From Nitrosopumilus sp. b3 (GTDB lineage Archaea > Thermoproteota > Nitrososphaeria > Nitrososphaerales > Nitrosopumilaceae), in contig NZ_MU078694.1 of the NCBI RefSeq assembly GCF_014078525.1, positions 357,885 through 389,884 of the forward strand: a DNA stretch of 32,000 nt, in the 5' to 3' direction. Under the pieces are notes generated by a model. The model had not been told where the DNA came from, searched no databases, and saw nothing but the letters and a program-made list of their open reading frames with translations. Position 1 is the first letter of the stretch; every line of letters begins with the position of its first letter. Positions 16,202 to 24,292 of the stretch are shown piece after piece. The translations under genes and the position numbers were made by a program.

Positions 16202-18016
16202 ATGTCTGAAAATCCAGAGCGAGCAGTATCATATGTTCTGAGTAAATCAGTTACAAAATACATGGACAAAGATGTTTTGATATTGAGTATGGAAACTGAA
16301 ACCAGAGAGGCAGCTAGAATGTTGCGTCACTATGAAACTGACGACATCGTTGTTACGGATGCAGATAAACTTCCAGTTGGAATCGTTACAGATGATGACA
16401 TTCTAAGAAAAGTAAGTGATGTCACAGTTTACGCAGAAGCAACTAGACTAAAAGACATCATGACAACCCCACTAATTACAATTAATGAGAAATCAACGCT
16501 GCAAGACGCATTGCATATTATGCGAGATAATGGAATTAGAAAATTACCAGTAATATCAAAGAAAAATTTTGTAATTGGAATGATTTTTCAAGCAACAATT
16601 GCAAATGTGATTCGGGATGCAACAGGTACACCACCTCGTCTTTTGAGCCCTCCTGTAAAAGCTATTCTTGGTAATTTGGGATTCGTATTACAGTTTGCAG
16701 GAGTACTGTTACTGGTTCCAGCTATTCTTGCAACAATATTAGAAGATACAGTTATTGCTACTGGAATTTATCTCACAACAGTTCTATTACTTGTAACAGG
16801 ATTCTTTCTAAACTCTTATGGGGAAAAATCAAGTCTTAATCTTCAGCAAGCATCAATTCTAGTATTTTCTAGTTTATTTTTACTAACCCTATTTGGCACA
16901 GTCCCATATCTGTATGTGCTGCCAAGTGATGAAACAGGTATCGAGGCATTTTCAAATGCCTTCTTTTCAAGTGCTGCGGGATTTACAACTGGAGGAATCT
17001 CATTATTTCAAGAACCAGAAAATCTCTCTCAGAGTTTTACGTTTTTTCGTAGTTATACACAATTAGTAGGTGGAATGAGTTTCATCTATTTGGTAATTAC
17101 AGCATTTTATCCAGAGTCAAAATTGCAATCAATGCGCGGTTTTATTTCAGGCAGAACATTACACATGAAAGAGTTATTCCTAACAATTACAATCATATTT
17201 TCTATTTACATTGTCATTGTTGCATCTTTATTGTATGTTTTTGGGGAAAATAACATCATAGACAATTTCGCATTAGCAATGAGTACCCTTGCAACAGGTG
17301 GATTCGTTCCAACATCTACAATACTACATGATTTGGTATGGCAAGAACATTTGATATTGATGGGCGGAATGATTTTAGGAGCATTGCCATTTACATTCCA
17401 CTATGCATTTGTAAGAAAGAAATTCTTGTCTCCAAAATTAGGAAAAGAGGTATTGACATATTTTGCAATATTAGGTAGTGCAACAGTATTATTCATATCA
17501 ATTAGTGGATTGGATCCATTACAAAGCGCTTTTTATTCAGTATCGGCAAGTACAACAGCTGGATTGCAGATGAGTAGTCTTGCAGGTTTAAGTGGAGGGG
17601 CACATGCAATTCTAATAATTTTAATGATAATTGGAGGATGTGGATTTTCAACAGCTGGAGGTCTAAAGATTTTCAGACTAATGCATTTGAGACACATTGG
17701 ATCTTTTCTAAGTAAAGCAAAAAGATCAGGATTATCAATGGAGACAAAAAAAGAAATCATTTCAACTTTAATTATATTAGCATTATTCCCAATAATTTCT
17801 GCAATTGCAGGACTGCATCTTGCTGAAACCGAGCAGGTTTCATTTCAAGATGGATTCTTTGAAGCTGCAGGAGTTATTACTACAGGAGGGTTATCCGCAG
17901 GAGTTATTGATTTGGAGACAGATCCTGCAACAAAAATCGTCTTAGGATTTTTAATGATATTTGGCAGATTAGAAATAATTGCAATAATCTACATATTTGT
18001 GCCTAAACTTAGTTAA
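16202..18016 (+). CDS. trkH: CBS-pair domain fused to a TrkH/KtrB-family cation (K+) transporter membrane domain
   Basis: The N-terminal ~150 aa contain two CBS motifs (V..YM.KDVL...ETETREAARML....TDDIVV.D....PVGIVTDDDILRKV and IMTTPLITI....TLQDALHIMRDNGIRKLPVI). These are followed by multiple TM segments with repeated TrkH-type 'TTGG/TAGG' selectivity-filter-like motifs (FTTGGIS, LATGGFV, STAGGLK, ITTGGLS). I place the start at ATG 16202. The track's 16049 start would overlap the divergent gene 15625-16062 and adds 51 non-domain residues. Confidence 0.85.
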   Translation: MSENPERAVSYVLSKSVTKYMDKDVLILSMETETREAARMLRHYETDDIVVTDADKLPVGIVTDDDILRKVSDVTVYAEATRLKDIMTTPLITINEKSTLQDALHIMRDNGIRKLPVISKKNFVIGMIFQATIANVIRDATGTPPRLLSPPVKAILGNLGFVLQFAGVLLLVPAILATILEDTVIATGIYLTTVLLLVTGFFLNSYGEKSSLNLQQASILVFSSLFLLTLFGTVPYLYVLPSDETGIEAFSNAFFSSAAGFTTGGISLFQEPENLSQSFTFFRSYTQLVGGMSFIYLVITAFYPESKLQSMRGFISGRTLHMKELFLTITIIFSIYIVIVASLLYVFGENNIIDNFALAMSTLATGGFVPTSTILHDLVWQEHLILMGGMILGALPFTFHYAFVRKKFLSPKLGKEVLTYFAILGSATVLFISISGLDPLQSAFYSVSASTTAGLQMSSLAGLSGGAHAILIILMIIGGCGFSTAGGLKIFRLMHLRHIGSFLSKAKRSGLSMETKKEIISTLIILALFPIISAIAGLHLAETEQVSFQDGFFEAAGVITTGGLSAGVIDLETDPATKIVLGFLMIFGRLEIIAIIYIFVPKLS

Positions 18017-18132
18017 AAAAATATTTTTGACCATAAAATTTGATTTTAAGTCATACCAATACAATACCAGATCAATTAAGAACCAGTATCAGATTGGATA
18101 GAATTTAATTTCATTAAACAGAAGTAGAGATT

Positions 18133-18960
18133 ATGGAGGCAGAGTTTGAAAAAATTGTTAGTAAAGGTAAAAAGTTAATCATAGTAGGATTTGTTACAAT
18201 TTCAATACTGTTTTTGCTCTATTCGAGATATCAAGATCCTGAATTACTGACTCCAGCCGCAATTGATTCAATTCAAAGAATAGCTTATGGGTTTTACATT
18301 ACTTTAGTTGCATCATTTGGAACAATTGCCATTGGATTGTATCGGTATTGTAAAGGTAAGGTTGCTGGAAAACAAAAAGATCTATCAACAATAATTGCAT
18401 TAACAGTATGGAATTCAAAATCACGTAAAATTTTTGTTGTCACATTCATAGGATATGGAATATTTTTCTCACTAATATCAGGGACTTTGGTGTATCAACC
18501 AGAAGTAAATTTTGCAATTCATTATGGTGCAACAATCCCATCAGGGTTTATTGCCCCATGCTGTGACGGGCCAGGTTACATGCCAAAAATCATCGTGTAT
18601 CTAACAGAACATGTAGGATTACAAATCATTCCAATTAATTTAGTATTACAAATTACTGTCTCATACCTAGTAGGATTAAATGCTGCAATTGCTGTTAGTG
18701 CATACAGCATATCAAAAAAGGGGAGAGGGATTAGCACCATAGGGGCTGCAACAGGATTATTCATTGCATGTCCAACATGTGCAGGAACATTTTTGTCAAT
18801 TTTTATTGGAACTGCAAGTGGAATTGCACTATCAATTGCATTGGCTCAAATGCAGACATTTTTCATTGCAATCTCAATTCCAGTTTTAATAATAACACCA
18901 TATGTAATGGCAAAAAAATTAAGGAATTCAGATGGCAGTTGTAAAATAGATACTAAGTGA
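18133..18960 (+). CDS. Polytopic membrane protein with conserved-looking Cys motifs (CC and CPTC)
   Basis: 275 aa with 6-7 hydrophobic segments. 'APCCDGPGY' sits in a loop and 'ACPTCAG' inside a TM segment. No family name recognised. Confidence 0.65.
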   Translation: MEAEFEKIVSKGKKLIIVGFVTISILFLLYSRYQDPELLTPAAIDSIQRIAYGFYITLVASFGTIAIGLYRYCKGKVAGKQKDLSTIIALTVWNSKSRKIFVVTFIGYGIFFSLISGTLVYQPEVNFAIHYGATIPSGFIAPCCDGPGYMPKIIVYLTEHVGLQIIPINLVLQITVSYLVGLNAAIAVSAYSISKKGRGISTIGAATGLFIACPTCAGTFLSIFIGTASGIALSIALAQMQTFFIAISIPVLIITPYVMAKKLRNSDGSCKIDTK

Positions 18961-19204
18961 ATTTTTTAACTTCAGGGATTTTATGATTCCCAATATCATA
19001 GCCATCACGTCGAAGATACTTTAGTGTAAGTTTATACAATAATTCATCATGATCTACCTGTTCTAAAATTTCAGTCCACAAAACCTTTCCATTTTCCTCA
19101 ATGAATTTTTTAAAGTTAGGATTCATTGATTCTGCGATCTTTTTGCATTCATCAAATGTTTTACCATTTTTGTATGCGCGAACACGTCCATCACAACTAT
19201 CCAT
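18953..19204 (-). CDS. Hypothetical protein (83 aa)
   Basis: ORF with 8-nt convergent overlap with 18133-18960. No motif recognised. Confidence 0.5.
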   Translation of the reverse strand: MDSCDGRVRAYKNGKTFDECKKIAESMNPNFKKFIEENGKVLWTEILEQVDHDELLYKLTLKYLRRDGYDIGNHKIPEVKKFT

Positions 19205-19206
19205 GC

Positions 19207-19515
19207 ATGAATAATCTAAAAATTCTAAATAAACTTAGTTTATCTGGGTTCAAACAAATAGAAGACACAAAATTAGAGAACATGGGCATAAAGTCACCCA
19301 CAGAATATGTTGATTTTTTCATAAATCTCAATATGGGAGAAAATGTGAGTTTGTTGAGCTTTATTAATAATGAAAAAAACGTGCTCAAAAAAAACTTGGG
19401 TTTAAAAAATATCAACAAAGAGCCAATCAAAAAAGGAATAGAAATTTTAGAATTACTAGTAAAAGAGATTAATGAAAATGGTGAAAAAGCAGTACTGAGG
19501 AAATATCAAAAATAA
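19207..19515 (+). CDS. Hypothetical protein (102 aa from ATG 19207)
   Basis: The track ORF starts at 19126 but would then overlap 79 nt of the divergent 18953-19204 gene. The in-frame ATG at 19207 (MNNLKILNK...) removes the overlap. It lies 14 nt upstream of 19530-20096. Confidence 0.45.
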   Translation: MNNLKILNKLSLSGFKQIEDTKLENMGIKSPTEYVDFFINLNMGENVSLLSFINNEKNVLKKNLGLKNINKEPIKKGIEILELLVKEINENGEKAVLRKYQK

Positions 19516-19529
19516 TTCAGGGAGAAATC

Positions 19530-20096
19530 ATGGATAAAAATTCACAGATTATCAGAACTGAAATTATTCGAATTCTTAATGAAAATGGAAAAATCAGAGG
19601 TACTGAGCTGGCCAAAAGAGTAATTAAAAAAATGGGAAACGAAAAAACAGTTTATAGAGAAATCAGTTCATTAGTAGAATCAGGGGAGATTGAAAAGAAA
19701 GTCCTAAGCAGGTCGCACATAGAATATGAATTGATAAATTTATACGAATCAGTAAACAATCAACTCAAAAATTTACACAAAGAAATTGAAACGGTCTATG
19801 AAGAAATAAAAAATTATAGTAAATTAAGTAGCGAAGAGAAATTCTCATTTCATGAAAGATTAAGAGCTACCATTCACTTGATACACATCGTCCAATCAAC
19901 AGATGGGATAATGAAGTTATTATCATATTATCCAGCATTTAAAAAAGACAAAATGTTTTCACAGATTAATAGAAAAATTGAGGATTGCTGGGAAATTATC
20001 ATGGAAGATATTGCACATCAGCCAGAGGAGGATTTCTTAAATGAAATACTTGCAAATTTAAGAATATCACAAATGGATTCAAACAATGTTAATTAA
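19530..20096 (+). CDS. Winged-helix (wHTH) protein with helical C-terminal domain, paralogue of 25259-25837
   Basis: 188 aa. The N-terminal 'IRTEIIRILNENGKIRGTELAKRV....EKTVYREISSLVESGEIEKKV' is a MarR/ArsR-like wHTH. It shares the central motif IVQSTDGIMKLL with LLQTDNGFTIL in the other gene, and overall length. Confidence 0.6.
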   Translation: MDKNSQIIRTEIIRILNENGKIRGTELAKRVIKKMGNEKTVYREISSLVESGEIEKKVLSRSHIEYELINLYESVNNQLKNLHKEIETVYEEIKNYSKLSSEEKFSFHERLRATIHLIHIVQSTDGIMKLLSYYPAFKKDKMFSQINRKIEDCWEIIMEDIAHQPEEDFLNEILANLRISQMDSNNVN

Positions 20097-20364
20097 AATT
20101 TTTTAGTTTTTCTATAATTACTTTAAGAATTTCTTCATCATCCAGAAGAATTAGGGGGAAGTTATTTTCCTCACTTGCCTTACGAAATTCAGTATCTTTG
20201 GTTACTATGATCATGTCATTTTCACGAGCATAATTAATTATAGAATAGTCAGATCCTAGTTTTTTACCTTCTAACTGAAGCTTTCGTACGCTTTGAGCAT
20301 CATAACCTAATTTTTTCAGTCGCTCATCCATACCATCTAAATTTTCATCAACCAAAATTTTCAT
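20089..20364 (-). CDS. DUF5615-like (PIN-like/Mut7-C-like) small protein, possible toxin-type nuclease fold
   Basis: 91 aa. 'MKILVDENL......L..LGYD...VR.L.L.G..L.SD..I..YA.END.IIVT.D.EF' closely follows the DUF5615 consensus as I remember it. Confidence 0.55.
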   Translation of the reverse strand: MKILVDENLDGMDERLKKLGYDAQSVRKLQLEGKKLGSDYSIINYARENDMIIVTKDTEFRKASEENNFPLILLDDEEILKVIIEKLKNFN

Positions 20365-20449
20365 GATTTTGTATAGTTCAAATTCAATATTAGTGTAAAC
20401 ATAAAGTAAATCATCAAATACTTATTTTAAAACAAATTATCAATTTCTT

Positions 20450-20683
20450 ATGGATGTAAAAAAAGATGACAAATCAAAAAGATCCAAAATTGACCATATT
20501 GCTTATTACAAATCATTATCCCAAATCATTTCAAATATTCAAAAAGAGAAAGAAGAGGAAAGTGAGCAGGCCATTAAAGATCATCTAGAAAATAGAATTG
20601 ATGCAATGGAAAAAGACAGAAAGCGAATAAAAGACATGTTTCCAGAGATAAAAGAAGAGGAATGGGATGGCCACACCAACTGA
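20450..20683 (+). CDS. Small coiled-coil protein, 'YKxLS ... IKxMFPE' family (77 aa)
   Basis: Contains YYKSLSQ...RKRIKDMFPEIKEEEW and is a paralogue of 15148-15348. It overlaps the next ORF by 17 nt. Confidence 0.5.
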   Translation: MDVKKDDKSKRSKIDHIAYYKSLSQIISNIQKEKEEESEQAIKDHLENRIDAMEKDRKRIKDMFPEIKEEEWDGHTN

Positions 20684-20873
20684 AAAAAACCACAATAAAC
20701 ACTTGGACTTGCTTCAAGACTACAAAATTCACTTGGTAAAATACATTGAAGAATTAGAAAAACTAGACAAACAATCAGAATTTGCAAAAAAATGGAATGA
20801 GACCATCATAAAAGAAAGAAGAAAAGAAGTTCAAGTTGTGGATAAAATTTTAAAAAATCTGATTAGATTTTAA
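20667..20873 (+). CDS. Small helical protein (68 aa), translationally linked to 20450-20683
   Basis: Its ATG lies within the last 17 nt of the upstream gene. Predicted coiled-coil (DYKIHLVKYIEELEKLDKQ...). Confidence 0.5.
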   Translation: MATPTEKNHNKHLDLLQDYKIHLVKYIEELEKLDKQSEFAKKWNETIIKERRKEVQVVDKILKNLIRF

Positions 20874-21217
20874 ACATGATATTTTTGTGTCAAGTCATAT
20901 AGATTATTACAAAAATTTTCAACGTGCTCAGAAGGGATTCCATCAAACCATGCCAATTCCTCATCCATACTAAATTTTTTTGTATCAAGTGAAGATTTAG
21001 TAAAAATTATCTCCTCCCGGAATAGTTTTATAATTTCTTCTTGTTCTTCTTTTGTCAGATTGTAATTACAAGTAATCAAATCAATTTCAACATGATAATT
21101 TTCATTATTGGGGTTCATCCTTGCCTTTATGAAAGGTTTGTTTAGTTGTTGACACTCTCGAAAATGTTTGTCATATTCAAACATTTTAGAATCGCCAAGA
21201 TATTTGTGAAATATCAT
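20870..21217 (-). CDS. Hypothetical protein (115 aa)
   Basis: ORF whose stop shares a TTAA with the stop of 20667-20873. No motif recognised. Confidence 0.5.
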   Translation of the reverse strand: MIFHKYLGDSKMFEYDKHFRECQQLNKPFIKARMNPNNENYHVEIDLITCNYNLTKEEQEEIIKLFREEIIFTKSSLDTKKFSMDEELAWFDGIPSEHVENFCNNLYDLTQKYHV

Positions 21218-21246
21218 GAGATTAAGAATTAGAGATGAAATAAAGA

Positions 21247-21627
21247 CTAAAGGTCAGCAGTTATTTTCTTAATGCGGGTAATCAATCTAATTTTAGTATC
21301 AATTGGCATTTCAGGCTCCATAGTAAAATATACAATATTTCTTTTAGTGTAAATAACCATTTGAGAAACTCTTTCTCGTTCCACATGCACATATCTAACT
21401 TTTCCAAGTGAGCGATCAAATTCTTTTCTCATTGATCTTCTTTGAGCAACCTGCTGACAGAAATGCTCTTCTTCTTTTTGATTTTTCAAGTTGGTTTTTC
21501 CCGTTTTCATAATTGCTTCACGAATGTTACCCTTTGGATCAATTATAGCCGCAAATCTCATTTTAGGATCCAAGTTTAAGATTTTTTGAACAATGTCTAA
21601 AAGATCAATTTTTTTTGCTGATGCCAT
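21247..21627 (-). CDS. Hypothetical protein (126 aa from ATG 21627); possibly Roadblock/LC7-like fold
   Basis: I prefer the internal start MASAKKIDLL... (ATG 21625-21627). The track start at 21708 adds a hydrophobic, low-complexity 27 aa that runs into the divergent promoter. 'RFAAIIDPKGNIREAIMK' weakly recalls Roadblock/LC7 domains, so the domain call is low confidence. Confidence 0.5.
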   Translation of the reverse strand: MASAKKIDLLDIVQKILNLDPKMRFAAIIDPKGNIREAIMKTGKTNLKNQKEEEHFCQQVAQRRSMRKEFDRSLGKVRYVHVERERVSQMVIYTKRNIVYFTMEPEMPIDTKIRLITRIKKITADL

Positions 21628-21726
21628 GTGTTTGAAAAATATTTTTGGTAAATATAAGCTATCAAAACGTTTTAGAAATAAAAAGCGTGGAATTATAGTT
21701 AAATTCATTTGAGAGTATGCTAATTT

Positions 21727-22344
21727 ATGAAAGAATCAATCGTAAAGGTTCTCGAAGAATTAGAAGCGCAGTCATCCCTTGAAAAATCTAGGAAAGTAAA
21801 TATCCCACCGGAGGACAGGATGCTGACAATAACTAAAGAAACAGGCGAATTGCTAAACATGATTTTACGCCTAAAAAAGGCAAAAAATATGCTCGAGGTA
21901 GGCACGTCAGTAGGATATTCAACCATTTGGTGTGCAGAAGCAATTGCTGAACAATCAGGTAATATCATATCAATTGAGCAAAACCCATCCAAAATTAGGC
22001 GAGCAAAAGCAAATTTTCAAAAAGCGGAGGTCAATGATTCAATATTTATCAAAACAGGCAATGCAATGAACATCCTAAAGGAGTTAAGTAGACAAGAAAA
22101 ATACAAGAATTTTTTTGATTTTGTTTTAATTGATGCAGATAAGGAAAGCATCATAGAATACTTTGATTTAATTTTACCAATGGTCTCATTGCAAGGAGTA
22201 ATAGTTACAGACAATATGTTGTATCCAGAAAAATATAGAGAAGAGATGAAGAAATTTTCAAATTATTTGAAGGCAAATCCTGATTTGATAACTATCACAT
22301 CAGAAATTGGTAATGGTGAAGAAATTACGATCAAACTAAAATAA
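21727..22344 (+). CDS. Class I SAM-dependent O-methyltransferase (caffeoyl-CoA OMT-like, Methyltransf_3/24)
   Basis: 205 aa. SAM motif I 'LEVGTSVGYSTIW', 'FDFVLIDADKESIIEYFD' and 'GVIVTDNML' are typical of the cation-dependent OMT family. Confidence 0.85.
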   Translation: MKESIVKVLEELEAQSSLEKSRKVNIPPEDRMLTITKETGELLNMILRLKKAKNMLEVGTSVGYSTIWCAEAIAEQSGNIISIEQNPSKIRRAKANFQKAEVNDSIFIKTGNAMNILKELSRQEKYKNFFDFVLIDADKESIIEYFDLILPMVSLQGVIVTDNMLYPEKYREEMKKFSNYLKANPDLITITSEIGNGEEITIKLK

Positions 22345-23784
22345 TTATTTTTTCTCTTGCTTGATTTTTTTTGGTAAAGATTTCTTATTTTTTGGTTTAT
22401 CGGATTTTGGTTTTTTTTCAAGTGATTTTAATTTTTTGCTTTTAGCGTCTATTTGTTTTTTTATTTTTTCTTGTTGTTTTTTTAATTTTTTATTTTTATT
22501 CTGAATTTGGCGGTCAATTTTTTCATGTTTCTTTTTGAGTGAATCATAAATCTTTTCTTCTTTTTTAATTTGAGCAGTCAATTTAATTTGAGATTTTAAT
22601 TTTGCTTTTTCTTGCTGAGTCTTTTTTGTAATCATTTGTTTTTCTTTAGAAATTTGATTGATTGATTCTAATCTATCTTCTTTTGCTTTGATTAATTCTT
22701 CTTCTTGTTTTTTAATTAATTTTTTTAATTTCTCAGATTCCTCAAATTTTGCTTTTTCTTCATTTACTTGAGAGAGAATTTCATCATATTCATTTTTACT
22801 TTTTTCTAATTCATCTTGTTTCAATTTGATCTCGTAAGCAATTTTTGCCTGTTCTCCTAGGCGTAATTTTTGCTCTTCAACCATTTTAGCCAACAATTTT
22901 TGCTCAGTTTTAACCTGTTTTTCAATATCTTCCTGCTCTAATTGAGCTTGTACCAATTGCTTTTTTTGTTTGGTAAGTTCGTTTGTGATTTTATTTTTTT
23001 CAGAATCAATTTCTTTAAGAATTTTTTCTCTTTCTTTTTTTACTTTGATTAATTCTTCTTTTTGGGCAATAATTTCTTCAGAGAGTTTTGTTTGAGATTC
23101 AATCCTTTCCCTCTCTTCTTTAATTTGTAATTCCAGAGATGATTTTTCTTGAGTTATTTTTTGATCGTATTCTTTTCTATGATTAATTAGTTGTGTCAAT
23201 TTTGTTCGCTGATGACTAAGTTCGTCAGATATTTTTTCCTGTTGTTCTATTTTGTGCTCTTCATTTTTAATATCCTTACTAATTTCTACAAGTTCTTTTG
23301 ATGTATCATTTGAATTCCATCCTTTTGGCATACTTCCACGAAGATTATGTTTTGATTCCTGGTTTTCATGTATTTCATTAACAGTTGATGAGGAGTTGGA
23401 TGTTTGAGTTAATTCTTTAGACATATTTTGTAATTTGACAGATGAATGAAGTTTAGATTCCAAGTATCGAATGTCAGATTGATACAGATATCTATCATTT
23501 AGAATTGTATCATGTATGTGTTGTAATCTTCCAGGATCTCCATTTCCAGATTCTATTAGTTCTTTAATTTTATACAGTAAATCATTTTCCTCATTGTTAG
23601 AATCATCTTCAAGAGAAAATGATGAATTTAGTTTGTTTTCTAGATAGACTTGATCAGAGTGATAAAGAGGTTCTCTATTTTTTACATATTCTAAAATATG
23701 GTACAGTCTACCGGCATCACCATTACCAGAATCAATTAGCGATTCTATTCTTTCAATGGTTTCTGTTAAGCTTAATTGGTTCAA
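22345..23784 (-). CDS. Large K/E-rich coiled-coil protein with duplicated N-terminal 'SGNGDxGRLxHI' module and poly-Lys tail
   Basis: 479 aa. Residues ~10-58 and ~70-118 form a 60-aa-period tandem duplication. About 300 aa of heptad-like K/E/Q-rich sequence follow. The C-terminus is KKLKKQQEKIKKQIDAKSKKLKSLEKKPKSDKPKNKKSLPKKIKQEKK. No NTPase motif. Confidence 0.8.
   Translation of the reverse strand: MNQLSLTETIERIESLIDSGNGDAGRLYHILEYVKNREPLYHSDQVYLENKLNSSFSLEDDSNNEENDLLYKIKELIESGNGDPGRLQHIHDTILNDRYLYQSDIRYLESKLHSSVKLQNMSKELTQTSNSSSTVNEIHENQESKHNLRGSMPKGWNSNDTSKELVEISKDIKNEEHKIEQQEKISDELSHQRTKLTQLINHRKEYDQKITQEKSSLELQIKEERERIESQTKLSEEIIAQKEELIKVKKEREKILKEIDSEKNKITNELTKQKKQLVQAQLEQEDIEKQVKTEQKLLAKMVEEQKLRLGEQAKIAYEIKLKQDELEKSKNEYDEILSQVNEEKAKFEESEKLKKLIKKQEEELIKAKEDRLESINQISKEKQMITKKTQQEKAKLKSQIKLTAQIKKEEKIYDSLKKKHEKIDRQIQNKNKKLKKQQEKIKKQIDAKSKKLKSLEKKPKSDKPKNKKSLPKKIKQEKK
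23431..23757 (-). repeat. Intragenic tandem duplication (2 x ~49 aa, period 60 aa / 180 nt) in the coiled-coil gene
   Basis: IERIESLIDSGNGDAGRLYHILEYVKNREPLYHSDQVYLENKLNSSFSL aligns with LYKIKELIESGNGDPGRLQHIHDTILNDRYLYQSDIRYLESKLHSSVKL, about 26 of 49 identical by my alignment. Confidence 0.7.
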
Positions 23785-23976
23785 TTTTCAGTCCTTTTTG
23801 ATTATTTTTGATATAATTTGGTAAAGATTACTGTTTAAAAAAAATTTACACATACATGAATTTTAGGTGCTTTGAATCACTACTAGAATCTAAATTAATT
23901 CCAGATATAGGATTACATTGGAAAAATTATCATTCTAAATATTCTCGTTTATTAATTAGAACATAATACCTGGGGT

Positions 23977-24201
23977 ATGAAAACAGGGTTTCCGATAATA
24001 ATCATAGGATCAGTCATGTTTGTATCTGGTCTTGTAATGTTTTACTCTATAGAACTAGGTCAAACAGATTACAATTTGAGATTGATTAAAAATATTGGAA
24101 CATTTATTGGTCTTGCAGGAATGGGCGTGACTTTGGCAGGGATTTTGCTTAACTTGATTAGTAAAAGTCAGCAACCTATACAAGAAAATTATGACGTTTA
24201 A
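23977..24201 (+). CDS. Small two-TM membrane protein (74 aa)
   Basis: It has two hydrophobic helices (FPIIIIGSVMFVSGLVMFY and IGTFIGLAGMGVTLAGILLNLI). Confidence 0.55.
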   Translation: MKTGFPIIIIGSVMFVSGLVMFYSIELGQTDYNLRLIKNIGTFIGLAGMGVTLAGILLNLISKSQQPIQENYDV

Positions 24202-24292
24202 TCATCAACGAATAACACCTTCTTATCAAAACACATTCAAGATAGAGTAGTACAAAACTAAATTATATATTCAAAATTTAGATAATTAAGAA

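Noticed and set aside
19126-19206. Upstream extension of ORF 19126-19515
   Set aside because: It overlaps 79 nt of the opposite-strand gene 18953-19204 and encodes Cys/His/Phe-rich junk (MILRSFCIHQMFYHFCMREH...). ATG 19207 gives a clean non-overlapping gene.
21628-21708. Upstream extension of ORF 21247-21708
   Set aside because: The extra 27 aa (MNLTIIPRFLFLKRFDSLYLPKIFFKH) look like translated AT-rich promoter DNA. The internal ATG 21627 (MASAKK...) is the more plausible start. The minus-strand ORF 21720-21992 is likewise a shadow of the methyltransferase gene.
22345-23300. Highly repetitive T-rich DNA (many TTTTT/CTTTTT runs) that at first glance resembles a repeat array
   Set aside because: There are no regularly spaced identical repeats or spacers. 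The pattern is the complement of AAA/GAA/AAG codons of a continuous K/E-rich coiled-coil ORF. It is not a CRISPR or satellite array.
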